A stretch of 63,112 bases of DNA, counting the filler, from Rhabdomonas costata (lineage: Eukaryota), in assembly GCA_019059605.1 (NCBI GenBank). It is 41 parts of 41 records of this genome, joined end to end, with 100 filler letters (N's around TTAATTAATTAA, not from the genome) between each part and the next. Parts side by side here need not be neighbours in the genome. Positions count along the whole stretch, not along the records: positions 12,352 to 13,794 come from JAHMHO010015834.1; positions 13,895 to 15,337 come from JAHMHO010015835.1; positions 15,438 to 16,879 come from JAHMHO010015836.1; positions 16,980 to 18,421 come from JAHMHO010015837.1; positions 18,522 to 19,959 come from JAHMHO010015838.1; positions 20,060 to 21,501 come from JAHMHO010015839.1; positions 21,602 to 23,043 come from JAHMHO010015840.1; positions 23,144 to 24,585 come from JAHMHO010015841.1; 33 more parts are not named here. The stretch is one strand, 5' to 3'. The notes under the pieces were generated by a model. That model ran no database searches. It was not told the DNA's origin and was given only the letters and a program-made list of their open reading frames with translations. Below, in pieces: positions 12,480 to 23,884 of the stretch. The stretch's first letter is position 1. Each line of letters starts with the position of its first letter. The position numbers and the translations under genes were made by a program.

Positions 12480-12895
12480 AAAAGGGAGCATCGGCGCGCC
12501 TTGCCGAAGAAGTTTGCAACCGAAGGCACGAAACCAACGGTGCGAGGGGTATCCACGCTGCAGCAGAAAACGCACAGCTTGGCGGATGGACGCCGGAAGG
12601 CCTCCAATGCCAGGATCCGCGTACCGCTACAGTTTGGAGGCCAGCCCAGCCAGCAGCCTGCGCAGAAAAGCAGGCGCGCATGGATCCTCCGGTCAGGTTC
12701 TTACGTCTCGCCCTGTCGGTCGGCGTCCGTCCGATAGCGGTCCCGATAGCGGGCTGCGGGAAGCCGACCAACGGAGGGTGGCCATGCACACATATCTTCC
12801 CTCTTAAGTGCAACCAAGTTCCACGTAAGTTCCACGTATGCAGGGGAGAGTTGCCCCCCAATAGGCAACCCCTTCCTCTGCCGCAGCACTTTGAC
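12480..12895 (-). mobile_element. Decayed Penelope-like reverse transcriptase fragment lying in a cyanase intron
   Basis: [39 protein letters not shown], then ..FLLQRGYPS..; homologous to the 19600-19959 region. Confidence 0.7.
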
Positions 12896-13027
12896 ACCAG
12901 TCCCAGTCTGCGCCTCAAAGAGATCGTCGTGCCTCTTCTTTTTATCACAACCACAACGCTTACACTTTGGAAAGCGCGAGATTTTTCACCCCGGCTGTTG
13001 ATTTGGATTTTTTTCACTTTCGTTCAG

Positions 13028-13168
13028 GACGTGATCCAGGAAAAGTTTGGAGATGGAATCATGAGTGCCATTGACTTCACAATGCACGTCGATAAAGTAG
13101 AGGACCCGAAGGGAGACCGCGTCAAGCTGACAATGAATGGGAAGTTCTTGCCTTACAAGAAGTGGTGA
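13028..13168 (+). CDS. cynS: Cyanate hydratase (cyanase), last exon
   Basis: [46 protein letters not shown] follows a polypyrimidine tract and CAG acceptor. Confidence 0.95.
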   Translation, partial: DVIQEKFGDGIMSAIDFTMHVDKVEDPKGDRVKLTMNGKFLPYKKW

Positions 13169-15083
13169 AAGGCTGTGCCTTCGCGGTTTCTTGTATGAGT
13201 TTCGCTCCCGTCTCATCCAACGATTCGATCCGCTTCATATCGGTTTTTTCGGTGTTTTTCGTCGTGAACGTGTCCTGGCTTTGCGATGGGGTCTGGGCTG
13301 TTCCGTTGTATTGGCGCTTCCTGATTACTGAACTGAGTTCGATGAGCTCGTGCTTCTGACCAGAATGCTTTCTACAGGACTACGCGGATCTTCTCGAAAA
13401 CCTGAAACGAAGTGAAAACAGCCCGCGAACGTGCAGCCGCTGTTGACAGTCTATGCCCAGAGCATCAGATTTGAAGTCTAACGAGTACACATGACAAGTG
13501 GTGCTATTAAAGACGCAGGGTCTGAAATTCGTTTTCCTTCTTTTTTTCTCCAGAATTGTTGGAATCGTTGGAGTTTCTCTTTGCCTTTTCCCTCGGGCTG
13601 AAGCCCGTTTTGCTGCATCTGGAAACACGAAACTGTTTCGTTGATTAGTTCGATGGCAAGTCAAAAGTACGCCTTCAAGGGAAAAGGCCTACGTTATCCC
13701 TCCCGCTGTCTTCACCGTTTGGACACATGCTGACAAACCCCCTTTCAACACACAGGCGGCAGCTTTGTGGTTTTGGCATTTCCTGTTACCAAACNNNNNN
13801 NNNNNNNNNNNNNNNNNNNNNNNNNNNNNNNNNNNNNNTTAATTAATTAANNNNNNNNNNNNNNNNNNNNNNNNNNNNNNNNNNNNNNNNNNNNGGGTGT
13901 TGGGGATGTTGATGGTGGGTCGGGATGCCTCGATGCCATCTCAGCATCCCATTTTTTCAAAGAAGGAAAGGGGTTTCTCTCAGAATTAGTTCAGGTTTAT
14001 GCAGTGGATTATCTTGCAGGTATTCATGCCGCAAGTGAATTCCTTTGCTGTGCCGGATTCTTTTTCACAGCTTTCTTCTTGTGCAGGAAAAAGGTTCTCC
14101 ATTGGGAGCACTTTTTGGGCAACGGAGATACTGAGTTCGGGGGCAAGCCCAAGCCCAGCCGTGAAGACCGGGTGTTCAGGTGTGCTTTTTTGTTGTGCTC
14201 CCATTCGCATTTGTTCTCATTCATAAGAGCCGTTCCGTCAGCGAGCTTTTTGGGGTGGAAGTGAGTTTGTTTGAGGGGGGATGCCCCAATTTCACAATAA
14301 GTAACCTCATTCTTGTGTAACTTGTGTAACCCCCTTCGGAAACCCGAAGGAGATTACACCACAAGCACGTGGGCTTGGACCAGAGGGCATGTGGGAGGGC
14401 GTGACCTCCAGCACAGCAGAGGCAGAGGAGAGAACACGGACAATGCGTGAGCTCCGGCACTGCGCAAAGAATGAGATGGGCCACTGCGCTAAAGGCGTGT
14501 GTGCGGCAAAGACCTATTGTGAGAGTGTGGGAATGTGCAGTAGTTCAGGAGAGAGGAGTTTGTGGAGCCGCCCCATCTCTTGCGTGGCTGCGGGCATGGG
14601 GCGCTGGAGTCAAAAAGATGGCCAGCGGGATGTGCCGACCACGGGGAAGTCATTGATCCATTGGAAAGGGATCAGCACAATGGTGCAGGAAGAGTACGTA
14701 TTTGCCTGTGCACTGGGGTAGCAGTCCGGGTTGAGTTGCGCAAAAAAAAGTGCATCACAAAGTCGCACAAGAAGAGAAAAACAAAGACAGATTAACATCG
14801 TAGCCGTGGCTGCAAAAGTCTGTAGCGAAAAGGAACAGGAGAAGAGTACGGGCCAGCACCAGACAAAGGGCAAAAACAAAACAATGTTCTGTGAATAAGA
14901 CGAAAACTTCAGAAGGCAGCAGTGTTTTTGCAAGTGAGCAAGGGAGAGGATGTCAAGCGGAATTGAGGATGTCAAGATTCGCTCCTCCCCGCCTTGCTTT
15001 CCTGCGCTTGTTGCTTCTATTGTCCTTCTCTTTTGTCTCTTGTCCTGAGTAATTTCCCCCTTGATTCGTTTTCCCCCTTGCAG

Positions 15084-15149
15084 CACCGCGGTGGCTGTCA
15101 ATGCATTACTGGACACCTGGACCCTCGTCGATAGCCCTGGCGTGCTGAG
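15084..15149 (+). CDS. Exon of a possible EHD/dynamin-like NTPase
   Basis: AG/GT-bounded exon encoding LLDTWTLVDSPGVL, similar to the DTPG motif. Confidence 0.4.
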
Positions 15150-15437
15150 GTGGCGCCGGGGTGTGCCTGGTGCAGTGCAGAGGGCTATCCCCAAAGGCAT
15201 TGCGTTTTTGGTCTCGCAAGTGGAGGCCAGCGAGGAGAAGCTTCATGGGCCTTGCTTTTCTGGAGATGTGAAAGGTAGCCCCTGCCTTGGTCTGTCGCAT
15301 TGGTTAGATTGTTCGCTTTCCTCGGACATTATGTTTCNNNNNNNNNNNNNNNNNNNNNNNNNNNNNNNNNNNNNNNNNNNNTTAATTAATTAANNNNNNN
15401 NNNNNNNNNNNNNNNNNNNNNNNNNNNNNNNNNNNNN

Positions 15438-15596
15438 AGGGTTTGTGTCACGGTGGGCGTGAGGGTTGGCGTGAGAGTGGGTGTGAGGGTTGACGTGAGG
15501 GTTGGCGAAAGCGTTGGTGTAAGGGTTGGCGTGAGAGTTGTGACAGTTGGCGTCAGGGTTGGCGTTAGAGTTGGCGTGAGAGTGGGGAGGAAGCGG
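15438..15596. repeat. Degenerate 12-bp tandem repeat (minus strand CTNACRCCMACN; reads LTPT)
   Basis: About 12 units read directly. Confidence 0.9.
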
Positions 15597-15607
15597 CTAA
15601 AGTACAC

Positions 15608-16691
15608 CGGAGGGTCCCCGGGGGGCATGGTGGACAGGGCTGCTCTACAGCTGCAGGCGCAGGAACTCCTCCGGTGCACTGCGGCGGCTCCACGGCGTTG
15701 CGGTAGGTCACTGAGCGCACGAAGTCGCTGTCCTGGCCAAGCCTGCAGGGGCCGAACTCCATCACGTAGTCCTGTGAGGGACCCAGGTGCTGTTCGCCAA
15801 ATCCAAATCACAGTTAAACCAATTAAAGTCGGGTCGGGGGGTTTTGGTTTAACAAAAGACTAAAAATTCGGAAGGATGCGACAACGCTGTGATCCGACAA
15901 ACTAAGTCAAACATACCCAAGCTTCGGTATTACCTGGCTCTTGAGCCCCCCCCCACACACACACACAAGCCATGCTACAGCCCCCCACTTCGTCCAACCG
16001 TGTGCCGGGTGGCAGCCAAACAACCCTGCGTTTGTCTTAGAAGTTTGAAGACGGGCCCAGAACACCAAACCCCTGCTGATTTTCAGCATCACAAACGCAG
16101 TACTGCACTGGGAAAAACCCAGGTGCCGTGGTCGAGGCAAGTGTTAGAGAGCTCTGCGTGCCGAGAGAGATTCGCGGAGGCGGCATGTAAGATGCGCCAC
16201 ATGCCTCCAGGGTGCACCCCGGGGTGGACAGGCAGGTGGTTGGGCCGGGCAGCGAGGATTGCCGCGCAGGGCACGGCGTGCAGGCGTTTGCCGTGCCATT
16301 ACGTGCGGAGAAGGTGTTCGCCGGGCACGGTTCGCATCCTGAAGCTCCAGGAACGCTGAACGTCCCTGTAAGAAAGCACGAGCTTTGGGCTCACCAGTCA
16401 TTGGAGGTTGCCGTACGCTGTTGTGGAATGGCGCTTGGAGGCATTGCGTGATCAGTATGTTTTTTCCGTTCTTCCACCGATTTTATCGCCTCCTGCTTCC
16501 CCAACAACATTCAAAACAACATTGGAGAAACACAAAATGGCGACAGTGGCGGAAGAAGGCAGGGAGAGGGCCTGGCTCCACCTGCGGAGCACTGCTGGCA
16601 GCCGACGGCATGGGGCACGGTGCCAGTGACCTTGATCTCCTTTATAAATACGCGGTCTGCACCAGGCTGAGTCCGGGGCTCGTCATTCTTC
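15608..16691 (-). CDS. ELAPOR/KIAA1324-like Cys-rich protein, partial; exons 16691-16582, 16365-16205, 15771-15608
   Basis: RVFIKEIKVTGT..CQQCSA|GTFS..CEPCPANTFS..PGCTLE|DYVMEFGPC..CPPCPPG. The second intron is GC-AG. Confidence 0.75.
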
Positions 16692-17457
16692 CTGTGAAGG
16701 ATGGTGATGACCGGGGAGTCACAGTTGTCTCAGTTTTTTTATCATCTTATGCTTTTTTTGCATTTCGCTTTTCAGCCCTCTAAACAGAGCGCACACAGGT
16801 CCTGATATTTCAATCGCAGACCAGACAAAACCCCACTATCGATCGGATTCGGACTCGACGGCAGACCCGAAAGCGTCGGNNNNNNNNNNNNNNNNNNNNN
16901 NNNNNNNNNNNNNNNNNNNNNNNTTAATTAATTAANNNNNNNNNNNNNNNNNNNNNNNNNNNNNNNNNNNNNNNNNNNNTTGGTTGGTGGGGTCACTAGG
17001 AAGGACTTGCGCTCAAAATGTTTGCATTTAGGGGGGGGGGGCGTTAGGTGGAATCAGACGGATTCAGCTGAAATTAAACGGAATTGTACGGCGTTTTGAG
17101 ACTCCTCCAACACAGACCGGTAGTCATTTCAGCGCACCGCTGGGAACCGCGCCCACCACCCCGCCAGCCGCTCAAGAAAAAAGAGCAGCACACTCCATTA
17201 CAACAGTCCCACATTCAGGAAATCCGCGAGGAAATCGATTGTCAGCCATAAAGGATGAAACCCTGACCCGCATCCGCCCCGTGGGGATAGCGGGTCACCG
17301 CGAACGATACAAACAATACCTTGTACACTACCAGTCAAAGGCATTCGTCAGTTTTGAAAAAGAAAGAAAAGGAGCGTTTCTGTGTGCGCCCTGCCCTTTG
17401 AGGCAAGCTCACTGATGGGCGGTCAAAGGTTGCTTTGGGTGGGTGTGGATGGGGTGT

Positions 17458-18202
17458 TCAAAACCCCGACTTCCGCAGCACCTCCACCACTGAGGGGAAG
17501 GCGAACCACTCTGGGATGTCCTCGCCCGCCCGCAGCCGGGAGCGGAACTCGGTGCCTGAGAGCTTCAGTGGCTTCAGCTTGAGAGCCTGTGCCTCCTCCG
17601 CAGTAATATAAGCTGAAAAAGACAAAACCCAACCCACTCTCACATACATGAGAGAGGTATCCTCCTGTAAACAAGAGATGGTGAGCGAAAAGGCAAAAAC
17701 CCATTCATAAAGCAAAAGAAGTCCATTAGAAATGCAGAAAAGGAATCCAGACGTTGCTGAAAAGATCACATTCAAACGGGACAATGGCACGGGACAATCT
17801 AAAGCGGAAACCAAAAGAGGGAGGGGATGTATAGCCAAGCTCTCAAGATACCCGCAACGCCCTCTTAAGACGTGCTCTGCGTGTTCTTGCAGAACACATT
17901 TTTCCCCGAAAATCCGCGTCGAAATCCCCTCAACCATTGTCAATTAGTGCCCGTGTCCGCACGTAAATGTGGTGAACGCTTAACACCAGAGCCGCAACCC
18001 GCCCAGTCGGACCGGGTGCGAATTCGTGAGAATGCGGACACAAATCACAGAGGGGGGGGCGCTCGGCTGCCCTTTTCTTTGGTGTAAACCAAGTTCAAGG
18101 AGGTCACCGTGTCGATGCCAATCTCTTTGCTGTGGTGCTTGGCAAACTCCTGCGCTTCGTAAGGCCCGTAGTAGTCCTCTCCATCCAAGCAGCTCTTGCA
18201 CC
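17458..18202 (-). CDS. sat: ATP sulfurylase C-terminus; exons 18202-18071 and 17612-17458
   Basis: GCKSCLDGEDYYGPYEAQEFAK..SLNLVYTKEK|AYITAE..KLSGTEFRSRLRAGEDIPEWFAFPSVVEVLR ends at a stop, with no fused APS kinase. Confidence 0.9.
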
Positions 18203-18599
18203 CTGGAAAACGCCCACCGAAGTCAGCACCAACAGCCATCAGGATGTGAAAAGTTCAGTCTTATCGGACCATGCGCCCAGTTCAATCCGGGTCGATTGGA
18301 GTGGAAAGTCGAGTATCTGATTTGATAAAACTCTGGCGCCTCACCTCACCTGAAACCTTGAGGTCGAGCTTGACTTTCCCAGTCACAACAAATTCGTTCC
18401 ACCCAGCGCAGCCACCCCACANNNNNNNNNNNNNNNNNNNNNNNNNNNNNNNNNNNNNNNNNNNNTTAATTAATTAANNNNNNNNNNNNNNNNNNNNNNN
18501 NNNNNNNNNNNNNNNNNNNNNTGCAGGGTTTTGTTGGCCTGAGTGAGCCGTGTTCCTCATTTTCGTGCCTGACCGCAGGTCCCCGTGGTGCTTTGTGAA

Positions 18600-19959
18600 G
18601 GTGACAGTTCCCTGTCCTGTCTTGGCCAGACGATATTTTGCCGATACCACAGACCAACACGCGGCGCTGTATCCGATGTCTTCCTGGAGCTGAAAACCGC
18701 AGTTCGTGGGTCGCGGTGCAGACTTGCCCCGTTGGCCGGGAAAGTCCCCCTTTGCGGATAGTGCGGTGGCGCCCGCCCTGCCAAATCCATCTAGTCCTCC
18801 TGGGACTGGTTAACGGTGCCTTGTGCTACCCTCCTTGCATCCATATGCCTGGAATCGCTCGCGCAGCGCACATATCCGGGGGTCACGAAGGACCTCCTCG
18901 ATGGCCTTGTGCCAACTGTCACTGCTGGTTTTGAGCAGCGGTTTCGCGCCTGGGTTCATGGCTTGCCACCGTATCTTATTCGGGCTCGGCTTTAATCAGG
19001 TCTCCGGCAGGTTCATGCGGCTGGTTTCATGCACAATTGGGCTCCAAGATTAGGGTTCACTCTCAACCGCGGGCGGGCGTCCCGTATGCCTACTGGACCG
19101 TCAAGAATAAGGCCAGGGTTGGAGCTGAGGTGCCCTTAGTAAAGGAGAGACCCGTTAGTGCGCACTCCTGTCACCCCTGCCGCTCGTTTCTTGCTCTCTG
19201 TGGACATGCCCTCCCTGGTGGTGGAGACTGCCACCGCAGCAGTGCAAAGGTAGCACCCGTCGCACGTGGCCATCTGGAAGATGCGCGCTGGCTCGCTGGC
19301 ATGGGTTTCTCTTTCACACTAACGACCTGATGTGGTTGCCTGTGCGGAGTTCGATGTTGAGGACTGTTTCCTCAGCACACCCCGCGACTTAGTGCTTCAG
19401 TCCCTGGACTTCTGGTTGGGCTTTTCACTGTCCAGGACACGCCAGCAGCCGTAGTTTTCGATTGCTGATCATCGGGGCAGGCCGTGCTCTGTGCACTATC
19501 GGGAGCTCAGTTCTACCCAATTCCGGGCACTGGTAGAGTGGGAACTCAATAACAACCAACTTTCAAAACGATGGATACGGATGGCCCCGTCTGTGGACAG
19601 CACCCTGGTCTGCCTTTTTGGAGCTTGTGGCACTTTGGCGGGAGTACACCCGGGCACGACCCGCTGGGCTAGCTGGCCTGCCCACGGCCGGATACCGGGA
19701 TAATTATTTCGTAGGTTTGTCCAGGGATGCGGTGTCGGCAATGAATGTTAACGCCATTGCAGCAGATCTGTCTACGCTGCTTGCCATGCCGGTGAAGTTC
19801 GAGCAGTCTGGGACGGAAGTGCGGTGTCTCGAGCTGCGCCTTCTAATCCGTCAGGGCGTTTCCGTTCACGTCACGGCGGCTTTTCTAACCGACGCGGATC
19901 GGCAGGGGAGGCCAATAATGTTATTGCGTGGCCGGGAAGGCTGGATCCTCGCACCCACC
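18600..19959 (+). mobile_element. Degenerate Penelope-like retroelement RT region (stops, frameshifts, deletions)
   Basis: PYAYWTVKNK; motif A EFDVEDCFLSTP; motif B remnant QHPGLP; motif C GYRDNYF; then PVKFEQ..VRCLELRL..TDADRQG. Confidence 0.75.
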
Positions 19960-21757
19960 NNNNNNNNNNNNNNNNNNNNNNNNNNNNNNNNNNNNNNNNN
20001 NNNTTAATTAATTAANNNNNNNNNNNNNNNNNNNNNNNNNNNNNNNNNNNNNNNNNNNNTGTTGTGGTGAAAATGGCGTTCTCATTGGCCAGCGCGTTGT
20101 GCAAGACATCGGTGAGCTGTCTGCTCTGGTACAAATGCTACCTGGAGCAATCCAGTAATTCATCACCGTCTGTACGACGCACTCGCGTCGATAATAATGG
20201 TGGTCGAGTGATTATATCCAGTTCTTTTAATTACACTGCATGGTTTTGTCTTTAAAGTCCGCGGTACCGTTGGCATTGTCTGCGTTTTTGAGGGCCAGCA
20301 CATTTTGAATGGATCTGTTGCATCACTTGCAATCCAAGCAAGTTCCAGAGCTACTATCATAGTGACAAGAACTTAAGGCATCAATGCAAGATATTGGTGT
20401 CTCCAGATGGGCCTATGCCTTAGAAAATCTGGGGAGCCAGATGGAAAAAGAAACGCGAGTCTTCACCGCGAGTTTTCTCCAACTGCACAAAGTTTGTGCG
20501 TGTGTGAGCCAAGGCAAAGTGTGTCTGTGTGTGGATATGCAAGGCGCACACTCTCACACAAATTTCCGTCGTGGCGTCCATCACGAACAACAGCAACGTG
20601 ACGCGCCATAAAAACCAACAGGTGGGCCGCGTTGAGCTGAAGTGGACGCGGCGGAGGAGGGACTACTGCTGCTGATGTCTCTGTATTGGAGGGCTCCTGT
20701 GGCGCTCGCTTCTGGTGTTGGATAGTAGTACGTGGAGCGCTGGACCGCAAATACCTGTAGAAACCGGCTTCCTCCGGAGGCCTGCAATGATGGCGATGGA
20801 TTTGCAGGCTCGTAGCACAGACCGCCATAATAAATAGGAAATTTCATGAGCATAATCCTGGGCTTGTTTGGGCGTTGAATGTGGCCACGGAATACCAACT
20901 ACATATGTGCAAAGGCGCCATTTTTTTGTGCTTTTATGGGTTTGTGCTTCTGCTGCTGCTGAATCTGCTTATGCACCATTTACAATGAAAGATCACGATG
21001 AGGCATAGGGCGTGGGTGGTAACGCGCACAACCTGAGAATGAAAGAGAGGCAGCATCTGTGCGCGGTTGTGCCTAAGGCTGGCGATGCGCAGGATGCCCT
21101 CCCTGATGTCCCTGCATCTGCATCTGCATCTGCACATGCTGCTGCTTCTGGCTGTGCTGTAGCCTCTCGGTGTGTGTGTGTCGATCTGCTGAAATGGTAT
21201 TGGGGACTGGAAAGCACCCAAAGAATGGCGTTGAGTGTTCGGTTGTGAATTGGGTGGCGGTGGCGGGATTTGGTGGCCAGCGTGATGTTAGAAGCTGTAG
21301 AGATGCTGTTATGGAGAAGGAAGACCTTGCCCCGGCATGTGGTAAGTGGAATATGGTGGAAGTGGCTGAGGATGACCGTGTGGGTGCAGGGAACATGAAG
21401 GCGGGTGGGAAGGGTAGCGCGCCCAAGCCACGGAGAGAGTTGTAATGGGTAAGACATGCTGACTACATGGCATGAAATACAAGGGCGGGGTCTGTGGGTT
21501 CNNNNNNNNNNNNNNNNNNNNNNNNNNNNNNNNNNNNNNNNNNNNTTAATTAATTAANNNNNNNNNNNNNNNNNNNNNNNNNNNNNNNNNNNNNNNNNNN
21601 NTTTTGTTTTTTGAACTGCTGGAAAAAAATAGCGTTCACAGTTTGTTTTCCTGTGTATGTTTCTCCGCGTTTTTCAAAAAACAAAAACAAAGTGAACCCC
21701 CATGCCCCGCCGATGTGGAAGAGGAGGAGAAGTCCCCCTCGTGCTCTGTTCTGCCAG

Positions 21758-22243
21758 AGCAAATGAACCTGTACTCCGCGGTGCAGAATATCCGTGTGCT
21801 GCGGGCCTTTGGGTGCGAGAAAGAGGTTCTTCAGGTCTGCTGTCTGGCGCTCCTCAGTGCCCTGCGAGTAAGAATATATTCGGAAGACCCAAAGTTGAGG
21901 GGTTTTCGGTTTCTTTTCATTTTTTACTTCGGTGACACTTATTGACAGTACGCAGAACATGAAACCGAGAAAGGATTGTGATGAACTGGTGGACTTTTAC
22001 ATTTACTCGTGCGTGTACTCAGACTTTGATTTTGGGCACATTCCTTCCCAGCCGAGGTCCCATATAAAGACCATGAGGTGTAGATGCACATATTTCCCAT
22101 TCTCAGGCGTTCAACTGTGCTTGTGTGCGAGTGGTTACTTGTATATATGCTGTCTTGCTGTGTTATTCCTGTAGTCTTTGCTGGCGAAGCAGAACAAGAC
22201 CTGCTCGAAAGAAGAGGACTCCAAAAGTCTTTTATTGACCCTC
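21758..22243 (+). CDS. Possible SANT/Myb-like domain protein, partial; exons 21758-21834, 21956-22008, 22175-22243
   Basis: Three phase-compatible AG/GT exons giving EQMNLYSAV..|..KDCDELVDFYIYS|LCWR. Confidence 0.4.
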
Positions 22244-23406
22244 GTATGCTTCTGTGTTGAAACATCGCATACTTTTGCCTCGCTTCCGGTTGCTTTTCCA
22301 TTTGTGCCGGTTTTAATCGTCGCATGACAAAGTCCCTTTTAGCTAATATCCACCTCAGCACAGGATAGAAACTGCCAAACCCCCCGCGCCGTGCATCAGG
22401 TTGGCAGAGGCAACGTTTCTTTTCGCTGCAGTTGTATTGTCCTTTTTTCTTCAGGTTGACTGTACTGGGACATGGGCGCTCAGTGGGATCCGTCTTTGGG
22501 GTGCGCTATGTGTTGGGCTCTTTGGTTCAACATCAGTATGTGGTGTGTGTTTAAAACAGGAACTGCACCTTATGAAAGTCCGTTAGTTGCGACTATTGTC
22601 GGAATGTGACACGGGAATGTTCCAGTAAGGTGATTGAGATTCGGAATGCGTTGTGCTGAACTACTGCTGACCCCCAGCTAGTCGTTCATACGCTGCACTC
22701 TTAACGCTCTCTCTTCTGCCGCTCGCTGAGGTTGCTGTTCTTTTTCCCCGTGATGTGCTTGCTGCTTCAACTCTTTCTGTCTGCGCGGAGAGAATGTAGC
22801 GGCACGAGGGTGCTTGAATCTTTGGAAGGAAAGAGCCACTGAGAAAGGGCCACCGCCACAGGGGTGGAAGGGCGGTATCGAAGCCTTCTCAGCCCAAAAC
22901 GGTATTTCGAATGCACTGAGGAGGGGGGAGTGTAAAACCATATAACGACGTTTTTTTTAACGACGTCAATCGATAAGGTTCAAAACTATGCTGGTAGGCT
23001 CGACCACCAGAAAACCCCCTTTTGTGTCGCCTTTACTACAAAANNNNNNNNNNNNNNNNNNNNNNNNNNNNNNNNNNNNNNNNNNNNTTAATTAATTAAN
23101 NNNNNNNNNNNNNNNNNNNNNNNNNNNNNNNNNNNNNNNNNNNGGGTGGCGGTCAGGTCACAGCAGCGCAGCGTTATGCCCAAGCCACCACCAAAAGTGA
23201 GGAGGGGGAATCCTCACTTTGGACCAATCCAGCTGGAGCGCCCCGAGTTATCCCGCCACAAAGACAAGCCAGCACCTGGGTCCATCTAGCCTGCACTGCC
23301 TTTCATCATGGAGCGAGTCTGGAAAAGGAGACAGGATCCCTTCTTGGCTTTCTGGGTCGAATCTGCTGAAGGCGGTCACTTCATTAACTGCGTACACGCT
23401 TCAAAC

Positions 23407-23884
23407 GGGGGCGGCGCATCGGCGCACAGGAATCCTGGCGAGAACGTCAACACCATCGGAATTGACAATGGTTAATTCGAGTGGTTCCTTGCTGTCCGCC
23501 ATGCACTCAGCCTGAGAAAACGTGGTAAACAGAGGGGGGGGGGGGAGAAGGTGCACCAAAGCAGAAAGTTCGTTTCGAATAGCGCGCATTGAGAGCAGAA
23601 GAAAGCAAATGGATGCAAAAGTGACAGGAAACCCCTACGCGGAAAGGCAGGACCAAAAAATAGCACCACAGCGAGAATCTGATTGAAGGAGGAAAACCCA
23701 AGGGCAACGAGCTCGCGAAAAGGAAGCAGCAGATGCAGTCCCAGCCCCAACAAAAAACAACGCAATCCACCGGATTCACAAACGGAGACACGCGCAACAA
23801 TAAGAAAAGAAAATTGTGGGCCGCACGCACCGAGGCGATCGGCACCGTCACCTTCAGTGTAGTGGACTGCCAATAAGGCCTCAG
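23407..23884 (-). CDS. Hypothetical (possibly C2-like) protein exons 23884-23831 and 23511-23407
   Basis: Phase-0 GT-AG join LRPYWQSTTLKVTVPIAS|AECMADSKEPLELTIVNSDG. Confidence 0.35.

Noticed and set aside
12413-13168. 251-aa ORF suggesting an N-terminally extended cyanase fusion
   Set aside because: Only 13028-13168 is cyanase. The upstream part is intron containing an antisense retroelement fragment.
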